DNA of 64,000 nucleotides from Octopus sinensis (Eukaryota), in contig NC_042997.1 in the NCBI RefSeq assembly GCF_006345805.1, positions 61,008,001 through 61,072,000 on the forward strand. The letters run 5' to 3'. Made by a program: the position numbers and the translations under genes. The notes beneath the pieces were generated by a model that saw only the letters and a program-made list of their open reading frames with translations, did not search any database and was not told where the DNA came from. Numbering within the stretch: the stretch's first letter is position 1; each line of letters opens with the position of its first letter. Below, one piece after another: positions 38,715 through 51,103 of the stretch.

Positions 38715-40363
38715 TCAGGATTGCAAAGCAGTGTATCAGACAAAATAGAGATGTGGTGTGTGATAAATGTGTGTGAATGGATAATAGTATGTTTGCTCTT
38801 AGTGACTCAGTGAAGAAAGATGCATGGAAGTCTCATTATGAAAGGTTACTAAATGTGGAAAATGAATGGGAGAAGGGGAGTCTACCAAATATCGAACCAA
38901 TTGAAGAACCAGTCATCAGATTTGATAGAAGAATAATTAAGGACATGAAGACAGGGAATCAGTGCCAAAATGATTAAAATTTCCAGTGGTGTAGGATACA
39001 GTTTAGTCACCCATATAGTTAATCAAGTTATTCAGGAAGGCACCATCCCCAATGACTGATCTATTAGTATTATAGTTAGATAGAAACAAATACCGAGGTA
39101 TTAAATTGCTAGACCAAGTCATGAAAGTTACTGAGAGGGTTATAGATGAATTAATTAGAAACAGAATTAAATAGATGAGATGCAGTTTGGTTTTGTACCT
39201 GGGAAGATTACCACAGATGCTATCTTCCGAGTGAGACAGCTGTGGAAGAGTACTTGGCCAAAAGTAAGCCTTTGTACTTAGCCTTCGTCGATCTGGGGAA
39301 AGCTTTTGACAGAGTTCCCTGCTCTGTTATATGGTGGTCTCTAAGAAAGTTAGGAGTAGGGGAGTGACTTGTTAGAGCTGTACAAGGTATATACATATTT
39401 CTTTACTACCCACAAGGGGCTAAACACAGAGAGGACAAACAAGGACAGACAAACGGATTAAGTCAATTATATCGACCCCAGTGTGTAACTGGTACTTAAT
39501 TTATCAACCCCGAAAGGATGAAAGGCAAAGTCGACCTCGGCAGAATTTGAACTCAGAACGTAACGGCAGACGAAATACAGCCACGCATTTCGTCCGGCGT
39601 GCTAACGTTTCTGCCAGATCACTGCCTTAAGGTATATACAGTGGTGCTGTCAGTAAGATGGGAGTCAGCCATGAATATAGTGATGAATTTAGCATACAGG
39701 TAGGGGTTCACCAAGGCTCAGTTCTCAACCCACTCTTATTCATTATAGTCTTCCAGGCTATAACAGAGGAATTCAAAACTGGGTGCCCATGGGAACTATT
39801 ACATGCTCTTACCTTACTCCTATTGCAGAATCTTTAGCAGAATTAAAGAAGAAATTCCAGGTATGGAAACAAAACCTGGAACCAAAGTTAACTGAGCTAA
39901 GGCCAAAGTTGTTGTTAGTAAGAAGATAAAACTCATTTTCCATCAGGTAAATAGCTCTGTTCAGTATGTAGGAAAGGGGTTGGAAGAAAGTCCATTCACT
40001 GATCCTAGTGTAAACTATGGACACATAAGAGGTGCAGTGGAATCACAGGTAGATTAACAGATAAAGTAGTCTTTGTATGTGGCAGATGTGCAGGAACAAT
40101 AAATACTAAGAGCACACATGACTTAAATTCTCTCAAATGCCCAGGAAGCTCTTTTGAAGTTGTAGATAGTTTCTGTTACCTAGGTGACCAAATTAGCAAT
40201 GGTGGAGAATGCTCTACAAGTATTGTTTCTGTAAAAATCCTGCCAAAACAGTCACAGAAGTCTGGTGCAGGCTTCTGCCTGGCCAGCTCTTGTGAAACTG
40301 TTCAACCCATGCTAGCATGGAAGGCGGACATTAAACGATGATGATGATGATGATGACGATGAT
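38715..40363 (+). mobile_element. Decayed RTE LINE inserted in mariner
   Basis: RT motifs (RGIKLLDQVMKV, QFGFVPG, GVHQGSVL), remnant PHD region near 39950-40090, (GAT)n tail. Confidence 0.88.
39396..39628 (-). mobile_element. SINE family A with 12-bp target-site duplication
   Basis: aaggtatataca at 39384-39395 and 39629-39640; little diverged copy. Confidence 0.9.
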
Positions 40364-42229
40364 AATATCCTGTGTGAGAATTTAGAATATTTTGCACAAT
40401 GAACTTGGCATGACGAAGGTCTCTGCTCAGTGGGTGCCACAATTTCTGACACCTGATCAAAAGTGCACCAGACTGATCATATCATGGGAAAATATGACAT
40501 TGTTTGAAGCAAATCCAGCTGGTTTCCTTGAATCTTTCCTAACTCAGTATAAGTGTTAGCTTCATCTCTTTGAGCTAGAGATGAAGAGAAAATCTTCGGA
40601 GTGGAAACACCCTTCCTTACCTGACCCAAAGGTTGTTTCATCTGCAAGGAAGGTGATGGCAGTAGTTTTTTTGTGATGCAAAAGGCATTGTGTTTATTGT
40701 TTATTGACTGTCTTCAAAAGGTCCACACCATCAATGGAAAGTACTTTGCCAACTTGCTGAAGCACTTACAAAAGGCTATTAAGATCAAATGACAAAGAAA
40801 CTGATGGAAGGAGTCTTGTTTCATCAGGACAATGCTTCAGCACTCAAGTCCTTGGTTCCAATGGCTACTGTGCATGACTGTGGCTTTGAACTGGTTGATT
40901 AGCCTCCTTATTCTCTTGATTTCGCCTCAACTTACTATCATCTGTTCCCCAACATGAAAAAACACTTGACTGGGAACCAGTATCACAGTGATGATGATGA
41001 TGTCATATCTGCTGTTGATGACTTTTTCGATCAACAGGATGAAAGCTTCTTCGCCAATGGGATCCAAGTACTGCAACACCAATGGAAGAAGCGTGTGGAC
41101 TGCAAGAGGGACTATGTTGAAAAATAAACTTCACTTCATCACATTCCTTGAGAGTATTTTGGTCAACTTATGAACTTTTCAGCCAACCCTTGTAGATGGG
41201 TTTTCAGCTCATAGGGTAATGGCAGGATGGTCACAGTTTGAACATCTTCACTTATAGATCTGTTTGGTCAAATTTGTGACAAGACAACTTTTGAGAATAG
41301 TCAAAGGATTTAACACTGAAGGTAGAGTGGTTGTAAAAATAAAAAAGTTGTATGATCATTGTCATCATCATTTAACATGTTTTCCATGTTGGCATAGGTT
41401 AGATGTTTCAACAGGGATTGGTCAGCCAGAGGACTGCACATGTTTCAACGTGTGCTTTGGCATAGTTTCTATGGCTTGATGCCCTTCCTAATACCAATCA
41501 CTTTGCAAAGTGTACTGGATGCCTTTTATGTGGTATCAGTGACAATAAAGAGAATTCTTAAAGAAACTGGTAATACCTTTGAATGAAAGTGTTTATCATT
41601 TCATTTAACAAGCCAGTGAGCATAAATGCACAATTTGGAGATATTCCAATCAGTACAAAAACCTTCATTGTTAGGACTTTAATGATGAAAGATGTTTCTT
41701 AAGCTGCTATATGGAGGATGGAAGGTGAAACTCATTCTGCGAGCAAACAAATGCAGAAACAAAGACTTAGACATTGAAATAATCTAGCCACTCCCTTCGC
41801 TGATTCTAAGGATTGGTACTTTGACCAAATCCAATGGTTTTGAATTTAGGCAAAAGGCCAGCAAGGTTGGGAAAGGGGGATAGTCGATTACATCAACCCC
41901 AGTGCTTGACTGATACATACTTTATCTGTCCTGAAAGGATGAAAGGCAAGATCAACCTTGGTGGAGTTTGGATTCAGAACATAAAGAAGGATGAAATGCT
42001 GTCAAGCATTCTGCCTGACCTGATAATGATTCTACCAGCTTGCCACCTTAAGCTATATATAAATAGTAATAGACAAATAGATAGAAAACCAAATTTACAA
42101 ATGAAATATTTTTGATTAAATTAAATAGATAGATAGAAGATTACTCAAATAGGTGTTCATATATAATTCTAAAGCCTTCAGCTGATTGTTTGAGGCCTTA
42201 GTAATTTGGTCATGGCAGGTCTCATAGCA

Positions 42230-42246
42230 TATCTAGGTTTATGAAA

Positions 42247-42296
<50 letters not shown>

Positions 42297-43528
42297 ATGT
42301 TCACATATTTGTGCGTGTGTGTGTGTGTGTGAGGGGAGAGCTGTAGTACATGTTTACAAATCAGTTACGATAAGCTATGACATGTAACAATACCAGCTAC
42401 AATACGTGGACTATTTGTCAATGTATTTGTAAATCTATCTATTTATCTATTTTATTTTACTCAGATGCTTATTCGCTTGTTAAAATAATATAGGGACATT
42501 CCTTATTCACCCACTAATCGTATTAATAGTTTGCAATACCTATTTTTAGCAATAAACTATTACCGTAAAGGTTAATAAAATATTTAATGGCTTAATTACA
42601 CCTAACTGATTCTAAAATTTATATACTGACATAGGATTGGGAGCAGAACTAAAATGGGAACTGAACAGGAATGGGATAGGACATGGAACAGTGCAACAGT
42701 AAAAGGGAACTGGGAATAACCCCCGCTTTCCCGGTATAACTAATCAACTCATTTATTTTATTCAGATGCATATTTGTTTATCAAAATAATATAGGAACAT
42801 TCCTTATTCATCCACTAATCATATTAATAGTTTGTAATATCTATTTTTAGCAATAAACTATTACCATAAAGATCAATAAAATATTAGACTGAGGAAAAAG
42901 TTCATGTGCCAAATGTGTGCTGAATGGTCATACCATCAATGCTGAACTTTACTGTGAGCAACTTGATCGAGTCTATGATATGCTGGTTGAAAAGTACCCA
43001 AGACTTGTTTGTCGAAAACGTGCTTTGTTTCAACAAGACAATACCACCAGAAAGACCAGCAACAAGATTGAAGATTTGGACAGTAAGGAAGTTCTGCTGC
43101 ATCCAGCCTGTAGTCCAGACGTTGCTCCATCTGACTACAGTCCCTTCCAGTCAATGCAGTACTTTATGAAAGGTTGCCGATTTGAATCATTCAAAGAAGC
43201 TTGTCAAGAATTTTTAGATTCAAACCCAAAGGATTGGTACTTTGACCAAATCCATGGAAAACGATGGTCTTTATTTTGAAGAATAGTTGTTGTTTTTGAG
43301 TAAATTCTTGCATTAAAAAATCCTTATTTTAACACAGAGCACAAACTTTTTCCTCGACCATATAGTTAATGGCTTAATTATATTGACATAGGATTGGAGA
43401 TAGTAATGAGAGCAGAACTATAACAGGAACTGAACAGCGAATAGGATAGGAAATGAAACAGTGTAATGGGAATGGGAAATGGAAATAACCCCTGCTTTTC
43501 TGGGTATTACTGGGTAATTCAGCTAGTA
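42230..43528 (-). mobile_element. Helitron-related (HINE-like) element with internal ~300-bp tandem duplication
   Basis: Minus-strand end TACTAGCtgaattACCCAGtaatACCCAG; units about 42450-42750 and 42750-43500 (second interrupted by mariner). Confidence 0.45.
42884..43361 (+). mobile_element. Internally deleted mariner
   Basis: TIRs ttagactgaggaaaaagtt / aactttttcctcgaccat with TA flanks; ORF TINAELYCEQL...FQQDN...HPACSPDVAPSDY. Confidence 0.85.
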
Positions 43529-44022
43529 TATATTTACTTGTTCAAATATATTATATATATATATATACACACACATATATGCATGCATACATATATACAT
43601 ACACACACACTTGTGAGTGGACTAATGAAAGAAAGATGCACTCAACACATTTATTGGCAGTTACATATATTACTATTTAAGACAGTTTGATTTAGCCCCG
43701 TGTGACTTAAAGTTTTGCAGGCTTCTTACAGAAACCTAGCTTGTTGGGATGCAGTTAAACAAATGGGGAGATGGCTATCAGAAATTGGGCTGTTGTTGGT
43801 CAAGGCAGGTCACATGGTGTCACATGATCATTAAATACATGGCCATGGCCAGTGATGGTGTGTATGTATATACCAGATGTATGAATGTATAGAGGTGGGT
43901 TTCTGATGTCTATGCATCAGCTATGTGTGTGTCAGAGGGAGGGACATGTGTGTGTCAGCTGGTGGGTGTGTGGGTAAGAGCTCCTGGCATCAGTTCATTG
44001 GTGTATATGTAGATGGCTGCTG

Positions 44023-44053
<31 letters not shown>

Positions 44054-44538
44054 GGTGTGGGTGCCTATCAGCCATCTGTGACTACTTGTGTGTATGAATG
44101 TATAGGTGTGTGTGTGTCAGCTGTGTACATCAGCTGCATGAGTAACATTCGTATGAGTAAGAGTGTGTGTGTGTACATGTGTGCACATGCGAATGTGTGT
44201 ATTAATGCTTGTTGTATATGCATATGTGCATCTATGTGTTTACAATATGTGTGATTACAGAGGATCGGTGAACATGAGCATGTACATTCCTGTATTTATA
44301 TGCATACATATGAATGTGTGCATGTTTGCCTGGAAGAACAGGTATGCTGGAACGTTAATCTCACTTCTAACAACACCATGCAACCCACCTTGACCAACAG
44401 CAGCCATATTTCCTGGAGCCATCTTGGACTTACTTCATCTCTCCTTTTGGAAACAGCCCAATGAACTAAGTTTCTGTAAGGAGCCTACGAAGCCTTAAGT
44501 CACATGAGGCCAAGTCAAATTGTTTTAAATAATACGAA

Positions 44539-44585
<47 letters not shown>

Positions 44586-45130
44586 ATATATATCTTTTAC
44601 TTTTTACATGCTTCAGATATGAGACTGTTGCTATGCTGAAGCATGCATACATACAAAATCACACACCCTAAACACATATACACAAACACGCATGAAGGGG
44701 TTAGTCAAATGATATCAACCCCAGTACTTATTTTTTAACACTGGTACTTATTCTATCAGTCTCTTTTGCTGAACTGCTAGACTACACGAATGTAAACAAA
44801 CCAACACCAGTTGTCTAGCAGTGGTAGGGGACAAACACGTACATGCACATGTACACACACACACACACATTTATACATACATACACACACATAATAGTTT
44901 CAGTTTGTGTCTACTAAATTACTCACAAGGCTTTGGTCGGCCTGAGGCTACTGTAGAAGATACTTGCCCAAGTGCCATGCAATGAGACTAATCCTGGAAC
45001 CATGTGGTGTGGAAACAAACTCCTACCCCACATTTGTGCCTATGCCTATAAAATATATAATAGCATTCCCATGCTGAAAATGGAACTTGGATAGAAGCAA
45101 GGAAGCTTAACCATATATATATATATATAT

Positions 45131-45503
45131 AAGTTCAGCAAAATTTAGATTCAGATGAATATGGTACTTAAGTTGAAGGCACCAGAATTTTGTATGGTAT
45201 TATCCTTATAAATCAAATGGGGTGATTATAATCAAAATAAGCAACAAGGATATCCAAGGTAGTGTAGTACAATCATTTCATGCTACTTCATTTTATTAAA
45301 CACTGTAAGTATTACATCAGTTTTAAAATGTCGAGCAATCTTCAGCCACATATAGAATTTTTAAAATTTCCATTGAACCAAGAATAGAAACCCCCTGCTG
45401 ACTGATAGATCTAAATAACAAAGTGAACTCAGTGATAAAAAATCTACAGATGGAGAAGAACATACTACCACCATGTTCTTAATGATGAAATTAACCTCTC
45501 TGG
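45131..45503 (-). mobile_element. Penelope-like pseudo-LTR fragment between two (TA)n tracts
   Basis: Homologous to 5513-5600 (ttataatcacccc...taataccata...ttctggtgc...ttaagtacc); contains degenerate hammerhead. Confidence 0.65.
45263..45350 (-). ncRNA. Degenerate extended-stem-II hammerhead
   Basis: TGTGG-CTGAAGA-TTGCT...AGCAT-GAAA-TGATTG-TA-CTACA. Confidence 0.55.
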
Positions 45504-45535
<32 letters not shown>

Positions 45536-45546
45536 TTATTTATTTA

Positions 45547-46791
45547 TTGGGTCATCTCATAAATAATGCAATTGCATGAACTAAAAGTAGGAGGGGGATG
45601 GGTTAAACTACTTGTATCAACTTGCTATAAAAGCAGGTAGTAATTTTATGTCCTTATTCTTAGTGCAGGTTTTGAAGAGTGTGGTTCGATTTTAACAGTT
45701 ATTTTTTCAAAGCTATAATAGAAGTGACAAAGGAGCATATTTCATATTTGGCATATTTTGCTTTATGAGTTCAATAAAGGTAACAGCACACCAGAAAGTG
45801 TGGGGAATATTAATTCAGTATATGGGGATCGAATGATAAGTGTAAGTGGTGTTTTCAGAAATTCCAAGCTGGAAACGACAGCCTAGAAGACAAGCCTTGT
45901 ATAGCTCAGCAAGGATGTCCTGCAAACCCTGATGGAACAAATCCCATCATAACTGTTGAGGAATTAGCAGAGAAGCTTGGATTTGATCACTCAACTATTT
46001 GTCGACACCTGTGTACCATCAGAAAAGTTAGCAAATTGGAACAATGGGTTCCTCACAAACTTTCCAAGTCTAATTGTGTACAGAGAGTGAATGTGTGCTC
46101 TTCTTTGCTGTCACATCTCATAAATGGAACTTTTTTAGATCGAATAGTGACTGGTGGCAAGAAATGGGTTCTCTATAAAAATGTCAAGTGCCAAAGAGAG
46201 TGGGTAGGGGAAGGAGAAACACCAGCACCCCAGGTTAAAGAAGGTCTTCACCCACATAAGGTGTTGTTATTGATTTGGTACAATATGAAGGTTTAGTCCG
46301 CTTTGAACTTTTAAACCCCAAAACAATAACAAACAAGATCTACTGTGATCAGCTTGAGCGGCTTAAGTCAGTGCTAGAAGAAAATCAACTATCTTTGGTT
46401 TCAAGACGAAAGAAGTTCTTCCATCAGGATAATGCTCAGCTGCATACAACAAGGATGACATTAAAAAAGACTGGAGCAGTTTGAATGGGAAATGATTTCC
46501 CACCCACCATATCTGCTGGACATTGCCCCATCTGATTATCATCTCTTCAGCAGTCTTCAAAATTATTTGGACAGAAAAAATATGAATTCTGTAGATGAGG
46601 TCAGAACAGTACTGGAGGAGTATTTTTGTCACAGACAAGTGAATTTTGGAAGAGGGACCTTGCAAGCTTTCCAGATAAATGGTAGAACATGAAGGTGAGT
46701 ATATTTTAAATTAAAAAAGAACTTTGTTTATCTTAATTTTAAAAAATAAAAGAAGTATATAAAAAAACACTTTATTTATGGGATGACCCAA
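45547..46791 (+). mobile_element. Full-length mariner (defective transposase), copy 1
   Basis: TIRs ttgggtcatctcataaat / atttatgggatgacccaa, TA flanks; WVPHKL, HQDNA, HPPYLLDIAPSDY; stops and frameshifts. Confidence 0.93.
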
Positions 46792-46802
46792 TATATATAT
46801 AA

Positions 46803-46992
46803 TAGGCAGAGGCATGGCTGTGTGACATAGGTGCAGGCATGGTTGTGTGGTAAGAAGCTTGCTTCCCAATCACATATTTCCAGGTTCAGTCCCACTGTAT
46901 GGCATGTTGGGCAAGTGTCTTCTGCTAGTCTCAGGTTGACCAAAGCCTTGTGAGTGGATTTGGTAGACGGAAACTGAAAGAAGCCTGTTGTA
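46803..46992 (+). mobile_element. tRNA-derived SINE family C, copy 1
   Basis: gcaggcatggttgtgtggtaagaagcttgcttccc...ggttcagtcccactg...ggatttggtagacggaaactgaaag. Confidence 0.85.
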
Positions 46993-46993
46993 C

Positions 46994-47025
<32 letters not shown>

Positions 47026-47051
47026 TATATATATATTTATTTATTTATTTA

Positions 47052-48297
47052 TTGGGTCATCTCATAAATAATGCAATTGCATGAACTAAAAGTAGGAGGG
47101 GGATGGGTTAAACTACTTGTATCAACTTGCTATAAAAGCAGGTAGTAATTTTATGTCCTTATTCTTAGTGCAGGTTTTGAAGAGTGTGGTTCGATTTTAA
47201 CAGTTATTTTTTCAAAGCTATAATAGAAGTGACAAAGGAGCATATTTCATATTTGGCATATTTTGCTTTATGAGTTCAATAAAGGTAACAGCACACCAGA
47301 AAGTGTGGGGAATATTAATTCAGTATATGGGGATCGAATGATAAGTGTAAGTGGTGTTTTCAGAAATTCCAAGCTGGAAACGACAGCCTAGAAGACAAGC
47401 CTTGTATAGCTCAGCAAGGATGTCCTGCAAACCCTGATGGAACAAATCCCATCATAACTGTTGAGGAATTAGCAGAGAAGCTTGGATTTGATCACTCAAC
47501 TATTTGTCGACACCTGTGTACCATCAGAAAAGTTAGCAAATTGGAACAATGGGTTCCTCACAAACTTTCCAAGTCTAATTGTGTACAGAGAGTGAATGTG
47601 TGCTCTTCTTTGCTGTCACATCTCATAAATGGAACTTTTTTAGATCGAATAGTGACTGGTGGCAAGAAATGGGTTCTCTATAAAAATGTCAAGTGCCAAA
47701 GAGAGTGGGTAGGGGAAGGAGAAACACCAGCACCCCAGGTTAAAGAAGGTCTTCACCCACATAAGGTGTTGTTATTGATTTGGTACAATATGAAAGGTTT
47801 AGTCCGCTTTGAACTTTTAAACCCCAAAACAATAACAAACAAGATCTACTGTGATCAGCTTGAGCGGCTTAAGTCAGTGCTAGAAGAAAATCAACTATCT
47901 TTGGTTTCAAGACGAAAGAAGTTCTTCCATCAGGATAATGCTCAGCTGCATACAACAAGGATGACATTAAAAAAGACTGGAGCAGTTTGAATGGGAAATG
48001 ATTTCCCACCCACCATATCTGCTGGACATTGCCCCATCTGATTATCATCTCTTCAGCAGTCTTCAAAATTATTTGGACAGAAAAAATATGAATTCTGTAG
48101 ATGAGGTCAGAACAGTACTGGAGGAGTATTTTTGTCACAGACAAGTGAATTTTGGAAGAGGGACCTTGCAAGCTTTCCAGATAAATGGTAGAACATGAAG
48201 GTGAGTATATTTTAAATTAAAAAAGAACTTTGTTTATCTTAATTTTAAAAAATAAAAGAAGTATATAAAAAAACACTTTATTTATGGGATGACCCAA
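47052..48297 (+). mobile_element. Full-length mariner (defective transposase), copy 2
   Basis: Essentially identical to copy 1 at offset 1505-1506; one 1-bp indel seen (atgaaggttt vs atgaaaggttt). Confidence 0.93.
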
Positions 48298-48308
48298 TAT
48301 ATATATAA

Positions 48309-48494
48309 TAGGCAGAGGCATGGCTGTGTGACATAGGTGCAGGCATGGTTGTGTGGTAAGAAGCTTGCTTCCCAATCACATATTTCCAGGTTCAGTCCCA
48401 CTGTATGGCATGTTGGGCAAGTGTCTTCTGCTAGTCTCAGGTTGACCAAAGCCTTGTGAGTGGATTTGGTAGACGGAAACTGAAAGAAGCCTGT

Positions 48495-48498
<4 letters not shown>
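48309..48498 (+). mobile_element. tRNA-derived SINE family C, copy 2
   Basis: Same sequence as 46803-46992. Confidence 0.85.
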
Positions 48499-48554
<56 letters not shown>

Positions 48555-48580
48555 ATATATATATATTTATTATATAGAAA

Positions 48581-48632
48581 GAGCTTCTACAGGACTAGAA
48601 CTGTTTCATTCAAGAGAAATCATCAGGAAGCT
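48581..48632 (-). ncRNA. Type I hammerhead ribozyme (mirror copy)
   Basis: Reverse complement of 48664-48715. Confidence 0.75.
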
Positions 48633-48662
48633 GATGATGAGCTTCCTGATGATGAGCAACAT

Positions 48663-48715
48663 GAGCTTCCTGATGATTTCTCTTGAATGAAACAGTTCTA
48701 GTCCTGTAGAAGCTC
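48663..48715 (+). ncRNA. Compact type I hammerhead ribozyme
   Basis: GAGCTTC-CTGATGA-TTTC.TCTT.GAAT-GAAA-CAG.TTCTAGTC.CTG-TA-GAAGCTC; GUA cleavage after 48708; U-U at the first stem II pair. Confidence 0.8.
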
Positions 48716-48797
48716 CTTCTATATAATAAATTAATTTTACTCTGCTATGTATTGAGTACCTTATTTACTGTGGTTAACCCCGAATCAACCCAGGACC

Positions 48798-48833
<36 letters not shown>

Positions 48834-49782
48834 TATATTTATGTGTGTGTTTCTGTGTTTGTCCCCCCACCATTGCTTACAACCAATGCTGGTATGTTTA
48901 GGCCCCCCTAACTTAGCGGTTTGGCAAAAGAGAACGATAGAATAAGTACTAGGCTTACAAAGAATAACTTCTGGGTTCGATTTCTTCAACTAAAAACACT
49001 TTAAAGCTGTGCTCCAGCATGGTGGCAGTCAAATGATTGAAAGAAGTAAAAAATCATAATGTTTGTGTGTGTGTGTGTGTGTGCATATATATACACACAC
49101 ACACACACACTTATGAACATTCAGCTTTTGCTGAATGACCTACACAAATGATTTGTTTATAGTGATCAAATGTTCATGCCACACATTAGCTCACTCTTTT
49201 CTTCAAATCAGCGTTGTCTCAACAGGTGCACAGTGTACTACACATCAGATGTCAAAGGGACCACAGAGCAACATGAGATGAAGAATTTTGCTCAAGAACA
49301 CAACACAGCACCTGGTCTAAGAATTGAAACCACGATGTCGCGGCGATCATGAGTGCAACACCCTGACCACTAAGCCATGCACCCTCATATATATATATAT
49401 ATATATATATAAAACAAATGAAGGACAGAAGATGGAATATACATCTAGCATCAATTCCTTTTGTGGGACACTCAACAACTGGTTCAGGAGCATCCAGTGG
49501 TGCAGATGTATCTCATCGGGTGATAAATAAATAAAAACAACACGCTAAAATGACTGTTCCACAATGTAATTTACTGTTTTGTTGAGAGAAAAACAGCCAG
49601 ATGGAAGAAAAATCTTCATATATATATAGAAGATCAAAAATAAAATTGCAGAAGACAAAAGGAGAAAAAATATGTAACCCAATGAGAAAAATATTGAAAA
49701 TAACCGTTAACAGATATGGTTGTATAAACGCCCTTGGGCAAGCTGCATGGCACACATACACGTGCTCATACAAGCATCAACA

Positions 49783-50480
49783 TACCATGAAGGTATCCTA
49801 TGCCAACTCTGCTAATTTAGAGCAGCTTATGCATCGCATAAACAATAGCAAAATGTGGCAATGGTTCAATAACCCACCTACTGGATCTAGCAAACATTTG
49901 CATCTAAATACCAACCAAGGAGAGGTAAACTGCATTGATAATCACCAACTTCGACCAATTTGTAATAGTAGAAATACTCATGGTACAGCTAGCACAACAC
50001 TGCCAGTAAATGGAGTCAGGAATGCTTTATATACAAATAAATACGATAAATGCTCATGCATACATAAATCAGAAAATATCCTTTGATGAATCTCTGAGTA
50101 CAAATCTTGTATATAAATGTACTGTGCACACAAGGGGAGGGCCCTATGTTTACATTGGGCAAACGGCTGATTCATTTAAGAATCGTTATCGTAACCATGT
50201 TGCCAGCTTTAAGTCAATCAGTAAGAGACAGTCAACATCTTTGGAAGATATTATATGGCAACTGAGGGAGGGTAAAATAAAGAACAACATTAATTGGTCC
50301 ATAGTTATACATGCAAAACCATACAATGTAATTTCCAGGAGATGCTGTCTCTGCTCCAAGGAATCCCTGTCTATTCTGTGGACTAACGAGAAGATAATTA
50401 ATAGAATTTCTGAACGACTGTCAAGATGTCTGCATGCATATAAATGTACTTTTGCACAATGCGGTGAGAATGAATTTTGA
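49783..50480 (+). pseudogene. PLE ORF C-terminus: linker, Cys motif and GIY-YIG endonuclease (one frameshift near 50075)
   Basis: TMKVSYA...KCSC then NLVYKCTV...YIGQT..SFKNRYRNH..SF...NWSI...CCLCSKE...RCLH. Confidence 0.88.
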
Positions 50481-50888
50481 GTGACCATTAACTTAATGTA
50501 ATTTAATTTACTTTAAGGTTTGGATGACTTAAATTTACTTTTAACCTCCCTGTTCTTCTAAACACCAAGTAAATAACTAACTCAGTTTGTGATCATGAGT
50601 ACACCAAACCTCGTGTTTGTGTATGCTCACATTTTTACTGATGTTTGTATGAGCACGTGTACTCATGCCATGCAGCTTGCCCAAGAGCGTTTATACATCC
50701 ATATCTGTTAACAATTATTTTAAATGCTTTTCTTGCTGGATTATGTGTTTGTTTCTCTTTTTGTCTTCTGCAATTTTATTTTTGATCTTCTATATATATG
50801 AAGATTTTTCTTCCGTCTGGCTGTTTTTCTCTCTACAAAACAGTAAGTTATATTGTGGAACAGTCATTTTAATGAGTTGTATTTATTT

Positions 50889-50992
50889 ATCACCCAATGA
50901 GATACATCTGCACCACCGGATGCTCCCAAACCAGTTGTTGAGTGTCCCACAAAAGGAATCAACGCTAGATGTGTCAAAACAATTGTCGTGAT
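50889..50992 (+). ncRNA. Degenerate extended-stem-II hammerhead
   Basis: ATCAC-CCAATGA-GATACATCT...AGATGTGTC-AAAA-CAATTG-TC-GTGAT; stems intact, core mutated. Confidence 0.65.
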
Positions 50993-51103
50993 TAATAATA
51001 AATTCTCGTATATTCCATCTTCAGTCTATTGTTATATACCTAACAATCACTATGAAAGTGACCGAGCTTTACCAGTAAGCTACCAGGTGTAAACCATTCG
51101 TTT

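Larger units (their letters stand above)
38426..41192 (+). mobile_element. Mariner pseudogene split by an RTE insertion
   Basis: N-terminus (KIWHCAVIKYLQKKGL...TVQTWAAEFRR) 38448-38712; continues after 40364 with WVPQFLT, HQDNA, PPYS, WKKRVDCKRDYVEK and 3' TIR gaacttttcagccaacccttgTA. Confidence 0.85.
48565..48800 (+). mobile_element. Short Penelope-like end with 68-bp inverted copy, in (TA)n
   Basis: Arms 48565-48632/48664-48731, one mismatch; both arms are hammerheads. Confidence 0.7.
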
